From Callorhinchus milii (Eukaryota): a stretch of 64,000 nt of DNA. Below the pieces are notes generated by a model. The model searched no databases, was not told the origin of the DNA, and saw only the letters and a list, made by a program, of their open reading frames with translations. The position numbers were made by a program, and so were the translations under genes. Shown in pieces: positions 38,538-51,627 of the stretch. Within the stretch, counting starts at the first letter, position 1, and the number at the start of each line of letters is the position of its first letter. The stretch is taken from NCBI RefSeq assembly GCF_018977255.1, contig NW_024704743.1, positions 52,268,001 to 52,332,000 of the forward strand, written 5' to 3'.

Positions 38538-40680
38538 AGAACATAAGAATTAGGAGCAGGAGTAGGCCATTCGGCCCCTCTAGTCTGCCCCGCCATTCAA
38601 TAAGATCATGGCTGATCTATTCTAATTCCACCTACCCGCCTTAACCCCATATCCCTTAATCCCTTTATCCACAAGAAATCTATCAATCTCAGTCTTGAAT
38701 ATGTTCAAGGACTGAGCATCTACAGCCCTTTGGGGTAGAGAATTCCATAAATTCACTACCCTCTGAGTGAAGAAGTTTTTCCTCAAATCAGTGCAAAAGG
38801 GCTTACCCCTAATTTTAAGACTGTGACCCCTGGTTATAGTTTCTCCAACCAGGGGAAAAGTCTCCCACTATCTATTCTGTCATGCCCTTAATAATCTTAT
38901 AGGTTTCTATAAGATCACCTCTCATTCTTCTATATTCTAGAGAATGTAGGCCTAAATTGCTCAACCTATCCTCATAACTCATCCCCTCATCCCTGCTACC
39001 AACCTAGTGAATCTACGTTGTACCCCTCTAAGGCGAGTACATCCTTTCTCAAATAAGGAGACCAAAACTGCACACAAAACTCTAGGTGCGGTCTCACCAG
39101 GGCCTATACAGATGCAGCAAGACTTCCCTACTCTTATATTCTAACCCTTTTGTAACAAATGCCAAAATACCGTTAGCCTTCCTAATTGTTTGCTGTACCT
39201 GCAAACTAACTTTTTGTGACTGGTGTACAAGGACACCCAAGTCCCTCTGAATGCTAGCATTATCTCGTCTCTCCCCTTCTAAAAAATAATCTGCTCTACT
39301 GTTTTTGCCACCTAGGTGGATGACTTCACACTTCCCTACATTATACTTCATCTGCCACCTATTTGTCCACTCACCTGGCCTATATGTATCTCACTGTATT
39401 TTTTTTTAAGGTCATCCTCAGTGTTTACTCTCCCTCCTAGTTTAGTGTCATCCGCGAATTTGGATATATTAAGTTCGATGTCCTCATCTAGATCGTTGAT
39501 GTAGATTGTAAATAGTTGAGGCCCAAGCACTGATCCTTGTGGCACTCCACTAGTCACATCCCGGCAATCTGAGAAGGACCCGTTTATCCCTACTCTTTGT
39601 TTTCTTCCCATCAGCCATTCTTCAATCCATGCTAATATATTCCCCTTAATTCCATGGGCCCTAATCTTGTGAATCAACCTTTTATGCGGCACCTTATCGA
39701 ATAGTTCCCCATCTTTTCTCTCCCACCCTTCTTAAATAGTGGTGTGACGTTTGCGATCTTCCAATCAATGGGAACCATTCCAGAATCCAAAGATTCTGGA
39801 AGATCAGACACAAGGCCTCCACTATCTCATGAGCTACCTCTTTTAAAACCCTAAGATGCAATCCTTCAGGTCCAGGGGACTTGTCACTTTTTAATGCCAA
39901 CAATTTCCCTAGCACCAATTCTTTGCTAATGTAAATTTCCCTAAGTTGCTCCCTATCATTAGCCCCTTGGTTCATCTCTATTTCTGGTAAATTTCTTGTG
40001 TCTTCCAACGTGAAGACAGAAGCAAAGTATTTATTTAGGGACTCTGCCATATCCTTATCCCCCATTATAATTCCTCCTGTCTCTGCCTGTAATGGACCCA
40101 CATTTACTTTTGCTAGCCTATTCCTCTTAATGTATTTATAAAAACTCTTACAATCTGTCTTAATGTTCCTAGCTAGCTTGCCCTCATAATCCATTTTCTC
40201 ACTATTAATGAGCTTTTTGGTTTTCCTTTGTTGGTCCCTAAAACACTCCCAGTCCTCAGGTTTGCTACTCGTTTTGGCAGTTTTATAGGCCTGTATAAAT
40301 CCAAGTTGTTGTTGTTGTTTCTTTTAGTTTTATACTTTCTCTAACTGCTCTAGTTAGCCACGGATGAACTGCTTTCCCTGTGGTACTCTTATTCCTCAAG
40401 AGAATATGTGACCACTGAGAATTTTGCACTATATAAACGTTTGCCACTGTTGATCTATTGTCATATCCATTAATCTAATTCCCCAGTCTACTTTAGCTAA
40501 TTCTTCCCTCATACCTGCAAAGTTAGCTTTATTTAAATTTAAGACCCTTGCTGCGGATTTGACTACATCGCTACCCCCCCCCCACCTTGTTTTTCACATT
40601 GTCTATCCTTCCTATAAGCTGAAAACCCCGGAATATTTAACTCCCAGCCTAGATCTCCCTGTAACCATGTCTCAGTAATC
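38538..40680 (-). mobile_element. CR1-clade LINE, ORF2 remnant (APE endonuclease start plus RT) with two internal deletions
   Basis: [90 protein letters not shown]; intact 3'UTR ending TTCTTATGTTCT; frameshifts present. Confidence 0.97.
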
Positions 40681-40751
40681 AGTCTGAATTAAGTCAATAT
40701 CCCATAAAGCAGCATTCGAACACTGCACTCCACAGGTGGCAACTCTAATGC

Positions 40752-41368
40752 CAGCCGCAAAAATCTTCAGGACTAGAGTTAAGCCAAAACATCGTGCCTA
40801 GGCTCCTCTTCTCCATCACCAACCAGCTCCTCCACCCGCCCTCTCACGCCTCGCCCATCCTCACTTCCAACTGCGAGGCGATGCTGGATTTCCTCAAATC
40901 CAAAGTTGAGGGCATCTGCTCAGCTGCCTCTGCCCTTCCGTCTACTACCCCTACCCCATCTCCTCCTCACATCCCGGCCCCTACCCATTCCTCCTTCCAC
41001 ACCTTCAAACCTGTCTCCTGCCTCACCACCATTATAACCCGCATGAAACTGACCGCCTGCTCCCTCAATCCCATCACTACCCCTCTCCTTACCTCCCAGC
41101 TCAACCTCCTTGCCCCTCTACTCACAGACATCATAAACCTGTCTACTGGTACTGTTCCTGCCCCATTAAAAACTGCCGTCATCACTCCTATCCATAAAAA
41201 ACCCTCCCTGAACCCACCACTGCTCTCAAACTACTCTCATCTCCAACCTCCCTTTCCTCTCCAAGGTCCTCGAACGAGTTGTTGCTTCCCAGCTTGACTG
41301 ACTGTCCAGCAACTTGGGACGCCTCCCAACGTGAATGGCACTTTACAAATGTAATGTTGTTGTTGTTG
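40752..41368 (+). mobile_element. L2 LINE fragment: pre-RT region fused directly to the 3' tail
   Basis: PRLLFSITNQLL...LKTAVITPIHKKPSL..., KVLERVVASQL ends at 41295, then ACTGTCCAGCAACTTGGGACGCCTCCCAACGTGAATGGCAC...(TTG)n. Confidence 0.9.
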
Positions 41369-41370
41369 TG

Positions 41371-41453
41371 CTCCATCCCCACAGGCAGGACTCCACCCCC
41401 ACAGCCAGGACTCCACCCCCACAGCCAGGGCCCTCCACACACACACACACACA
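41371..41453 (+). repeat. 20-bp minisatellite (3 copies) followed by (CA)n
   Basis: CTCCACCCCCACAGCCAGGA-like unit x3 (41371-41430); (CA)9 at 41436-41453. Confidence 0.9.
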
Positions 41454-43166
41454 GACAGACACAGCCATTCCCACAGCCAGGGTTTGGTTATCAACTGGTG
41501 TGTCCGATTCCCATTTTGGGCAATGTGCTAATTATCATTGGTGAAAATAATCACACCACATGTCAGTTTGCACCTTGTGACCTGTATAGGAGAGTTGTGC
41601 ATTAACTTTAGGTGACAAACTGCCTATAGTCTTGGATCTCCTTGGGATTTTATTGATTCATACCTTTATTCTGGTACTTTGTGTAGCAGGAATCCAATGA
41701 TCAATAGATCTTGTTAACATTTGTACAGGAACATTTGCTTGCAACACAGTTTCTCCTCGGAGAAAGGAAGGGAAAAATTTGGAGAAAAAACATTTGTGGG
41801 AGGCTAAAAGAATTGCATCATTAGTTTCTGTCAGGAGAACACAAATTCTTTCCAGTAAGAATGAACACAATTGGTTTTACTTTAGAAAATGGGAAATATT
41901 GCCAGCAATGTAGCTCTCTGTAATTTCTACAATGCATATACTTTACTTTCAATTTTCCTTTTCTCCTCTCCCGAAAGCAAAGGCTCCGAGTATCATTTCA
42001 TGGGCACCACCATTGCTTTTTGCTGTCTGATACCAGACCATGAATGTTTAGTAAGGATTTTTTTCATAGAATTACAGAAATATACAGCACCGGAACAGGT
42101 CATTAAGCCCAAATATTTTATACTCTACATGAGCTTCCACCCATCCTATTCCCCTTCCCTAGCCCCCCCATTACTCTTCTATTCCCTTCTCCCTCACAAT
42201 TCTATTCCCTTCTCCCTTGTATATGTAAGTATTGCAGCCGACCCCAATCCTGTTCCCACCTCACATCTATACATGTGGACTTTCCTGCAGTCTCTGTGTA
42301 GCTCAAGATCCACTGTTGTGAAATAAGAATTTGCAAAAAATAAGAATTTGTAAATTCAACCTCAATTTGGAAGATACGTTTCCACAGTGCTTACTTAGGA
42401 AGAATGTAAGATTTTTTCAAAATTCTGCACAATCTTAAATTTAAGAACATGAGAAACTTTGGATCTTGATTGTGGCAACTCCTGCTGACCCCATCCAGTT
42501 TCTAGCCCAGTGATACTGAAGCTACTTCCAACACAACTAAATAAAGCGCTTTGAGACACCGTCCGGTGTGGAGGGCACTATATAAATCCAAGTTGTTGTT
42601 GTTGTCGAGCTGGCAGAAATCAACTGATATAGCACCAACAGAGATCAAAGCTAGGAAATGAGTCCTCTATACATCTGAATTCCCTTCACTGAAATAACTT
42701 TCAAATCATTGTAAAAATTAGAAGTTCTATTTTGATTACTACTTTTAAATTGGACCCAGACTTTCATGTAGACATTTCTCATTTCCTGACAAACAATTCT
42801 GATAACAATAAACTTGCACAAGAAAACCAAGCATATAAAACATGTCAAGTTTGTTCTCCTGTAATAATACATGATGTCCCTCATGACAACGCACTATACT
42901 GCACTGTGACTTTCTGTTATGAAGCACATTTATGGTTCCCTCACACTTTAATATAAATTCCACATTGAAAATATTGTCTTACAATGCCCAGAGATAACAA
43001 TATGAAAGGTCCTAATAATTTTAGAATTTTACTGCACCATAACTGAAAATACTGTTTGGGTTGGAAACATGGTATTTGCAACAAGATTCCTAAATATTGC
43101 ACCTGAGAATAACCAGACATGCTTCATACGAACTGGAGCTAACTCTAGAAATGCGTTGGCAATGAG

Positions 43167-44012
43167 TTTAAGACAGCAATTTAACCTTGTGGTTCAGCTG
43201 ACATTCATAAAGTGCCTGAACTTTGGCCACCCTGTTCATATTTTTTGATCCATTTGATTAAACTATTACATTAAACCTCAATGTCACTCATTTATTATAA
43301 TTTATAATAATCCTGCTCTGACACAATCTATTTCCTCTTAAAAAGAACTATGGAAATGCGACTAACAAATTAAGACTGGATTTAACATTTTTCTCAAATT
43401 CTGCATAATCGTAAATACTAAGACAATAGTTTTAAGGCTAAATCCACAAGACATGTCTGGTTCCATAATGAAATCGATGCAGTAGACACACTATTCCTCT
43501 ATAACTTACAGTGAAAGAAAATGTAATTATCACTGCATTTAAAATTACATGGAACAACAATTTTGCCACTGGTCAATGTTTTACTGCCTAGTTACTCATG
43601 CCAGCTTTTGCCTTATCTTATCTGCAGTGTACTCCCAATTATCTGATAGTCAATATAATTAATACACACTACAAATATTAGTGCTTGATAAACATCTGCC
43701 AAAACAAACAATTGACACCACACTACTTGTCACATAATGTTATAACTGCAGATTCTACAACACTGTCAGTTTTATTATCCTAATCTGATTATGCCTCTGT
43801 GCACACTGGGCATGCTGCCTTAAGTGTTTCTTTTTTAATATAAAAAAGGCATAGAAATTAGCTGGTAATAAATTTAAGACAGCAATTCAACCTTGTGGTT
43901 CAGCTGGCAGTCACTGAACTTTGCCCCCACAGTTCATATTTTTAGATCCACTTGACTAAACTATTATATTGAACTTCAATGTCAGACATTTATTAAAATT
44001 TATCAAAAATCC
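43167..44012 (+). repeat. Diverged ~145-bp direct repeat (43167-43313 and 43873-44012)
   Basis: TTTAAGACAGCAATT(T/C)AACCTTGTGGTTCAGCTG...GATCCA(T/C)TTGA(T/C)TAAACTATTA...CATTTATTA occurs in both. Confidence 0.9.
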
Positions 44013-44598
44013 TTGCATTTGATTCGGCACCTTCCACACCAGGTGTCTCAAAGCACTTCACAGGATATACTGTAAAGTACAGCAATTTTGTGCTTTGTAG
44101 GCAAAGATAATCAGCCAATTTGCACACAGCAATGTCTCATAAATAGTCATGAAGTGAATGACCAGTTTTTTTATATAGTAAAGCCACTAAATCTTATTGC
44201 AGACTGGACAATAAGTGTAATGTCACCATTCCGCTTCATGGGCATCACCACGGAGAACTTGGTTGGGGAAGCACATTCCAAGTGCATTTGATGTGTAAAT
44301 ACTGAATGTAACACTAAATGGATACTATTGTCTCAAGAAATTTTTTGGAATCAATGCGTAGACCAGAATCTGAAAGAACATGAGTGGGTGAATTAGAATG
44401 GCCTTAATTATAGAACATTATGAAATTGGTGTCACTTCATAACAATCTCATTTTAATCATTTAACAGCTTATCGAATGCTGCCAATTTCATCCCTGTTTA
44501 TTACTAATTTCTACATAGATGGAGGATAGGAGTGATGGGGCTCCTGTGGAGTATAACCACCAGTTGAATGTCTGTTTCCATGCTGCATCACTCGTATT

Positions 44599-44760
44599 GT
44601 GTGCCAGTCTGGCTTGGTAGCCTTAGTCAGAAGGTTGTGGGTTTAAGCCCCACTTCAGGATTTAGAACTCATATAGTCTGAGTTGACACTCAAATGCAGT
44701 GCTAGGAGTGTGCTGCATTGTTGGAGGTGCCATCCTTACCAAATGTAAGGCTCATTATAA
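44599..44760 (+). mobile_element. Family B SINE 5' fragment
   Basis: AGTCAGAAGGTTGTGGGTTTAAGCCCCAC...GCTGCATTGTTGGAGGTGCCATCC. Confidence 0.8.
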
Positions 44761-45149
44761 TATAACTCTGTAATACTATGCAAATGCTTCAACCATGTCT
44801 ATTTATCTGATATGTTACATTTCACCTCTCAGCACCTGTTAGATTTCCTTTTACCAATAATGGCATTATTTAGCCCAATTTCACATATCTATTCTTCTAT
44901 ACCATTTCACGTCCATCAGATGAACATCTTCCACTCTTTGCCATGTTTCCATAATACCAATAATGTCAATGCTTCATATCCTGAACCTCTTATTCCTAAA
45001 GTTTATTTCTAGAGTTCTTTGTATTGATATGAAAACAGTTGAGAATTATTCTTCCACACATCTCTTATGCCCTATTTGATCCTTGTTTCACCTTTATCAA
45101 TGGTTAGAAGTTACTTGTATGTACAGTATATGAAAGCAGATGTGATGGC

Positions 45150-45440
45150 TCTTGTTAAGAAGCGTGCTCGTCATAAGCTCCAGGCCAGCTAGCCCTCGGT
45201 GAACTTCTTGAGGCAATAATAAGGGACTAGGTAAGCAAAATCTTAGACACATGTGGATTAATCAGGGATAGTCAACATGGATTTGTGAAAGGCAGATTGT
45301 GTTTGAACAATTTAATAGAGTTCTTTGAAGTAGTAATGAAGATCAGGACAATGCTACAGATGTAGTATGTCCTGTATTTGGATTTCCAAGCTGCCGCACG
45401 GAAGATTGATGAAGAAACCTCCGTGCTGTAGATTTTTATA
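45150..45440 (+). mobile_element. Old CR1 RT fragment
   Basis: GATAGTCAACATGGATTTGTGAAAGGCAGATTGTGTTTGAACAATTTAATAGAGTTCTTTGAA translates to DSQHGFVKGRLCLNNLIEFFE, followed by YLDFQ. Confidence 0.8.
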
Positions 45441-47247
45441 TCTCTATGACTTACTTAATTAACAAAAGCTATTTTATATATCTATGTTTTTTCTAGCTCA
45501 TACCTGCTCTAGTATGAGCTAGAAAAACTAGCAAGAAACACTTCATAAGAATCAAGAGTGAAATTTCCAAATTCACAACATGTATAGTTGATGTTGTTTC
45601 AAACAACAATCATGGCACAGATTTTGTGAGCAGGAAAATCTTTTTTTTCTAAAAAATGTCACAAGAATTGATTCTTTTTTGGTGGGGGACATTGCAATTT
45701 TAATCATCAACACTGGATTAGGTCTTAAAATTCATTGCCCTAGGTTATAATGTAATTGGACAGGATCTTGGAAATTGTATATATACTTGATACAAGTGTT
45801 AGGTAATTGTTTACTTCATGTTTTTAAATTGCATTTTTCCTTTTAATTTTGCCATTCTGCTGTGAAGACAAGCCACCTTATGAAGATTTTCCACTTATTA
45901 ACCTCAAGTCCTCAGTGAATGCAAATGTCATGACCCGATGCAGTCTGCCAGAGGGACAACTTGACAAACCTTTCTCATTCTAAATTAAAATTGAAGCATT
46001 CATTTTGACATGTGCAATTATGAAGGACACACCAGGAACATGATTGCAGAACACACAAGAAATAGAGTTTAATCAGAAACATGTAGCTTTTCACTGGATG
46101 CATAATTTCACCACTCTGTGGCTTTATGTTTTTTGTGTTCAAATAATTGGGTACAGCGTTACATGCCTGTTGGGCAAACAAAAATGCAAGACTGCTATCT
46201 GTAGACTGAGAGATTACATTTAAAAGGGCAATGTTTGATGAACATGGGATAGACAAAGCTTTCCCTAGCACAATCTAAAATTTGGATTCAAACAAAATGG
46301 CCCAGGATACGATCATCTTATATTCCACCACTACCAATGTTGTTTTCATTCGCAAACTACATGTTTGTGGTGTTTATGTGGGTGGGTGTTTGGGAGGGGG
46401 AGAGCAGTCTTGAGGAGGTATACATGAATTTTAAGAAATACAGCTAAAATCACACAAAATTCATCCACAAACTACACAGTCATTACTTTACACTACAGTA
46501 TATCTTGTGAAGCACTTTTGAGATGTCTCGACGACCTAATAAGGTGCTGTATCAAATGCAAGGATTGTCATTATTTATTATTATTAATTGATTAATATTG
46601 TTGGCCTATGTGAAACTTATTGTTGTTGGTTTACTTTCTGAATCCCATTTAGTACCTTTTATATTTCCACAAAGTTTTCTCTGAGATGGCTCTTTTCAAG
46701 GCTGAACTGGAGCTCAGAATTATCTAATCACAAGATCACAAAATTGGTTTAGATGAAGAAGGCTCTTTGGACCATTTTATCCCATTCTCCCATAATGCCA
46801 ACCCCACCATCTGCCCATCATAGCATTAAGCTGCTTTATAAATATCCAATGTCCTGCCTTCCACATTCCTCCCTGGCTAACTGGTCCAGTCATTAATTAC
46901 ACTCATAATTCAATTCTCTTAACACTGGGGATCAACCTCTTTGCTCGCTGTCCTATATCTGGTGCCTCTCTTGTCTTGGCATCTACCCAGTATTCTAGGT
47001 GTAGCCTAGTTGGCCAGTTGGCCTAGGTGTACCTGGATAGTCATTCACTGTACATGGGCAACAATAGGGTGAGTTTCTACATATAACCGATTGTGCTGAC
47101 AACTCACTTAGATCCAGAACCAGTTGTGCTACAGTCAACTGCAAAGTCAGTCAGTGTGGATGATAGTTGTCTATAGGTGAACTCAGAACTGATGGAAAGG
47201 AGCTGCAGGATTCTACAAAGACGAGAGGATGACAATATTATATCATA

Positions 47248-47550
47248 TTAGTGAGAGCACTCGCTTCACAAGTGAGAGGACCTGGGTTCAATTGCTGGGC
47301 AGGGATAAACCTTAGGCAAGTTTCCTTACTCCACACACCTCTGTTTACCCAGCGGTAAGTAGGAACCACTTTGTTAGTTGATTTTGGGTGGCTTTTGGGT
47401 GGTAATAATCCCTTAAAAAAAAGGTCACTGAATCTATGACTGTTTGTGGGATACTGCTGTGTGCAATTTGCTATCACGTTTTGCCCATAAAATATACAGT
47501 TAATTCACTTTACAGTATATTCTATGAAGCACTTTGAGATGTCTCAATGA
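47248..47550 (+). mobile_element. Family A SINE, long form
   Basis: AGAGCACTCGCTTCACAAGTGAG...GGTTCAATT, GGCAAGTTTCCTTACTCCACAC, extra segment CTCTGTTTACCCAGCGGTAAGTAGGAACC, partial tail. Confidence 0.88.
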
Positions 47551-48192
47551 GCACTCCACTGTTTGATTTTGCCAGCAAAGATGGGATCTGAAAACATTTG
47601 GTAATATAATCCAGAATCCCGCTTGTCTTGTATACTGTTGCGTGACACCAACACCCTTAAGTCACTTACAGCTTTCCAATTGGCAACGTTCATCTCATCT
47701 ATGCAGTACATGTGCCTCCCATTTCAATCCACTGTTTCATGCTCAGTTTCTAGCACAGGATGTGGTCGTTTATGTATTGCTTATAGTTCCAGCATTATTA
47801 AATTTTTAGAAATGGTTTTAAATTAGAAACATAAAATTGGAATGCAGATATTTGAGTCATGATAAAATTAGAACAAATCACCCACTGGGACTGTTTACTT
47901 TATGCCATAAATGTTCTTCAGATCACACGAAAGGTCCTTTACCCCATTTAATCTCATTCTTTCAGTACAAAAAAACAGGCATTAAAGTAAAGAATAAACT
48001 TAATTCATTAATGTTTGATACTATTATTGATATTATTGGTTAAGTGATATCTATTGCTCCCTACATGGTCCATTGGGGGAGGCACCTATATACACATAGT
48101 TGTTGATTTCAACCACGGCATCAGTTTGGCATCTCATTGACTTGGCTAGGTTGGCAGAAAATCAGCCACCCTAGCATAGGGTTAACAAGAAC

Positions 48193-48400
48193 AAATAATA
48201 ATAATCTTTGCTTTTGATATAGCGCCTTATCACATCTTTGAGATGTGTCAAAGCGCTTCACAGAATATACTGTAAAGTGAATTGACTGTAGATTTTGTGG
48301 GCAAAACGCGACAACCACCTGCGCACAGCAGTGTCCCACAAACAGTCGTGGATTGAGTGACTAAATAATAAAAAAAAATTTGAGTTATTATAACCACCGG
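48193..48400 (-). mobile_element. Family A SINE 3' half, inserted into a family D repeat (~48105-48560)
   Basis: (AAT)n CTTTGCTTTTGATATAGCGCC...GCGCACAGCAGTGTCCCACAAACAGTCGTGGATTG. Confidence 0.88.
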
Positions 48401-48564
48401 AAAAGCAAACTGCTTGAGAGGCGAGATCCAGATTCCTCTACGGGATTCCTTGCTGGAAAGTGCGTGGATGTAAAGTAAGAGCAGAATGGTCTCAACTGTT
48501 ATGTTCCAACGCTGTTGTACAGCTTGCCAACTCTCATTGCTTGGTCACTTCTAGCTCCAACATT

Positions 48565-48797
48565 CCACTGCTAAGGTGACCTGCTTCGAACAGGGATATT
48601 GGAATTGAATTAACCTTCTGTGACGGTCTCAGTTGTCCAATTCCTGAGCCAGGTGGGTCTGCAATACTCCAGGGTACTGCTGAAAACAGCCCAGCCAGCC
48701 TGCCTCATCTACAGCACTTGGAGGAACATACATATGTGCAAATCTCAGACTAGTTTGGATTCACTTAAGCATGATGATGGATTTCCGCATGTGTCTG
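48565..48797 (+). repeat. Family C repeat, internally deleted copy
   Basis: GTCCAATTCCTGAGCCAGG...CAGCCAGCCTG joined to CTTAAGCATGATGATGGATTTCCGCATGTGTC. Confidence 0.65.
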
Positions 48798-50082
48798 TCC
48801 AAAACAAAATGTTCATTCGAATAATATACTGGGCAGCAGCTCGGGCACGTGAAACTCAGTACCAACTCAATACTTTCAGGAGAGGAGAAAAGATGAAACA
48901 TGGGAAAGGTGACATAAAGCAAAAAATAGAATTGATCGTCAGCAGCAATCCCAAATTTCACTTAAATCATAACAGTGCAGATAATTTATAACTCTTTACT
49001 ACTCCTGACTGATTGGACAAAGCTTCCAACATTACAGTGATAAGAAGAGGGGAAGCTGATATAAGTTTCCTGCTTAAAATTCCTTTCCTAAATGGTTCTA
49101 CTTCGCTTGATTCCTGGTCCACTGATGTTTCATCTATTTGCCATCAAACATCAAGGCCTGGATGATCCTCAAATTGTTGTGTTGTGGAGAACTCTTCCCT
49201 TGTCAATGCACAAGTACACGTAGAGTCAGCAAGTAAACACTGAACATGAGCTGTTTTATAAATTATATGAAAAAGCCTTCCAGCTCTTTAATAATAATTA
49301 ATGAATAATTAATTGGTCACTGACCTCATTGCTGGTCTAAAAAGCTGTCACATTTGTCCTCAAAAACAGTACATTCGGCAGTAACTATCTGTAAAGTGCT
49401 TTGAGACTCTTCCATTGTGATAAATATGAAATATATTTACATCATTATAAAATGCAAGTTAGTTCTTTGAAACATTTGTTATGAAGTTACGACTTTGTGT
49501 GAAATCACCTGCGGTAACAACTGATATGTGACGCAGAATATGGCATCAATTCTACTAAAAGAAACTACAACAACAACTTGCCCATATATATGCAGAGTGA
49601 AGGTAGTTTTGGGAGCAGGGTTCAGTATCATGCCTATAACCCCAAATAATCTGATTTGTGCTACGCTTTTATAGTTAACTAGCTGTACCCATTGCACCTA
49701 CGCTTGCAACCAAAGGATCGAATATGGAATATAGATTTCAGTATTATTACACTTTATATTAGATTATTATACTTTATATAACGATCTGTCACTACTTTGT
49801 TGCATGCATACCTCATATTTTGGAGCTTAAAGCATTTTTTAAAATATAACTCATCAAAGATAGGAGTTCCCGCCCAAAAAAATGCCCATGACACTCGCTC
49901 GTGCAAGACCTTTCCAATGAGATATAAATCATGTCTTTACGTCAATCAGTTATTGAGATCTTGGTTGATACACACACATTGTCGTATTATTAGTATATAG
50001 ATTCAATGCAGACACTGCACACCTCTAAAGCATCAATAGAGCATTAGTTGTGAGGAACAAACTAAAGAGAATATTTGAACAT

Positions 50083-50101
50083 TAGCCACCAGAGGGCAGA
50101 C
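50083..50101 (+). promoter_or_regulatory. Putative CTCF binding site
   Basis: TAGCCACCAGAGGGCAGAC closely matches the CTCF core consensus (TGGCCACCAGGGGGCGCTA) and lies in non-repeat DNA. Confidence 0.6.
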
Positions 50102-50935
50102 ATGACCATACAAATAAATATCAAAGTTACAGCTTACATTAACCTATTGTAAGCAGCTGTGTAAACTGAAAAATACTCTGTACTTGGTTTGAAAATACTT
50201 CACTTAATTAAGATGTAAATCAATTGTGTTCTAAATAAACCCAAGGAATGCCAGCAAGGTCAGCTGTTTAGTGTATTCTTCAAGGGACAGCACCTTCTGT
50301 TAACAATAACTTTATTTATTTCAGGCATTTCACGCAGGAGAGCATCTTGGAGCGTTTCACACTGGAAAAACGTTTTTTAATTACTTAAGAAAAGCATCAC
50401 AGAAAATAAACAAGATGAATTGCGAACTTTATCCGTGTGATTTATTTTGTACCCATTAATAAGGACGTCCAGATCTACAATAGTCTGGTGGTGGATCTGT
50501 GTCTGATTTCCTGTTGTTTATTGGAGGGAAACTGGGGAAAGGGGGGGGGGGGTGGGGGTTGGGAATCCAGTTGTTGCCAGTATGGAAGAAGGATGGAGAA
50601 TGCACCCGGGAGATTCAAGGAGGCTTATTGTGCCCTGCAGCAACCAGGATCAGGGATTGTTTTCAGAAGATCAGTTTCTATGCAGACCCTTCAGCCAATT
50701 TGATCTTGTCCTTCCAGAATTTCCATTCTCCCATCATAGCATCAAACTTTTTCTTTAAATGAGTTCAGTAACCTGGCTTCAACCAGCCTTCTTGGTAACT
50801 TGTTCTAGTCATGAACTATCATCTGGGTAAAAAAAAGAATAAGTACCCAAATATTGTGGACAGTAGCATTGAAACTGGAACTAGGCCTTGCCTGGCAGGG
50901 AGGACATGCTTCTGTAGAGGGAGAAAACATAGGAG

Positions 50936-51370
50936 ATAACAACAACAACTTGCATTTATATAGTGCCTTTCATGCAGGGTAGCATCTTGGAGCGCTTGAC
51001 AGTGGCGGAGTCTGACAATGAGCCAAGGGGTCAGGGAGGGAGGAAGGTGACCATAAGCATAATCAAAAAGGAGAGTACGTCAGCTCACGCTGCTCTTGTG
51101 CACTTAAGAGGAATTGTGTCTTATAATTAACAATTACATAGTGTATTTCACGTCAGGAGGACGTTGTCTCAAAGCACCTCACAGCTGAATGGGAGCCAGG
51201 CTAGGGAAGTGGGAACTGAGGAGAGGGCATGTGGGTGAAGGAAGGCGGCCAAGAGAAAAGATTGGTTGTTGTTGAAAAGATTGGTCTTAAAGCAGGTTAT
51301 AAGGTATAGAGTAGGCACGAATGAGGGGCTCTGCAGACTGAGGGGAGGGTAATGGCAGAGGCAGGTGATG
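50936..51370 (-). mobile_element. Two tandem old L2 3' fragments
   Basis: (CAA)n CTTGCATTTATATAGTGCCTTTCATG at 50936 and TTTCACGTCAGGAGGACG...AAAGCAC at 51145. Confidence 0.7.
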
Positions 51371-51627
51371 ATGTAGAGATAAAACTTTGGCCTAAAGGGA
51401 GAAAAAATGCATTTAATGGAAAGTGGAAGAAATTATATTGATCACTGACTGTGACATATTTAGGCTATTGTATTTGTGTATATTTAAATTAAAGTGTGAG
51501 AATGTCCATTTTTTTTCTTTTTTTATCGTTGCATCAATTCTTGGCATGAACACATTCAGAGAATGTTCAAATTGGACATCCACATGTTTCAGAACAAAAC
51601 ACTGTATTAAGTTGTAAAATTTAATAT

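Noticed and set aside
41371..41480. CRISPR-like array
   Set aside because: Contiguous 20-bp tandem units without spacers; it is a minisatellite
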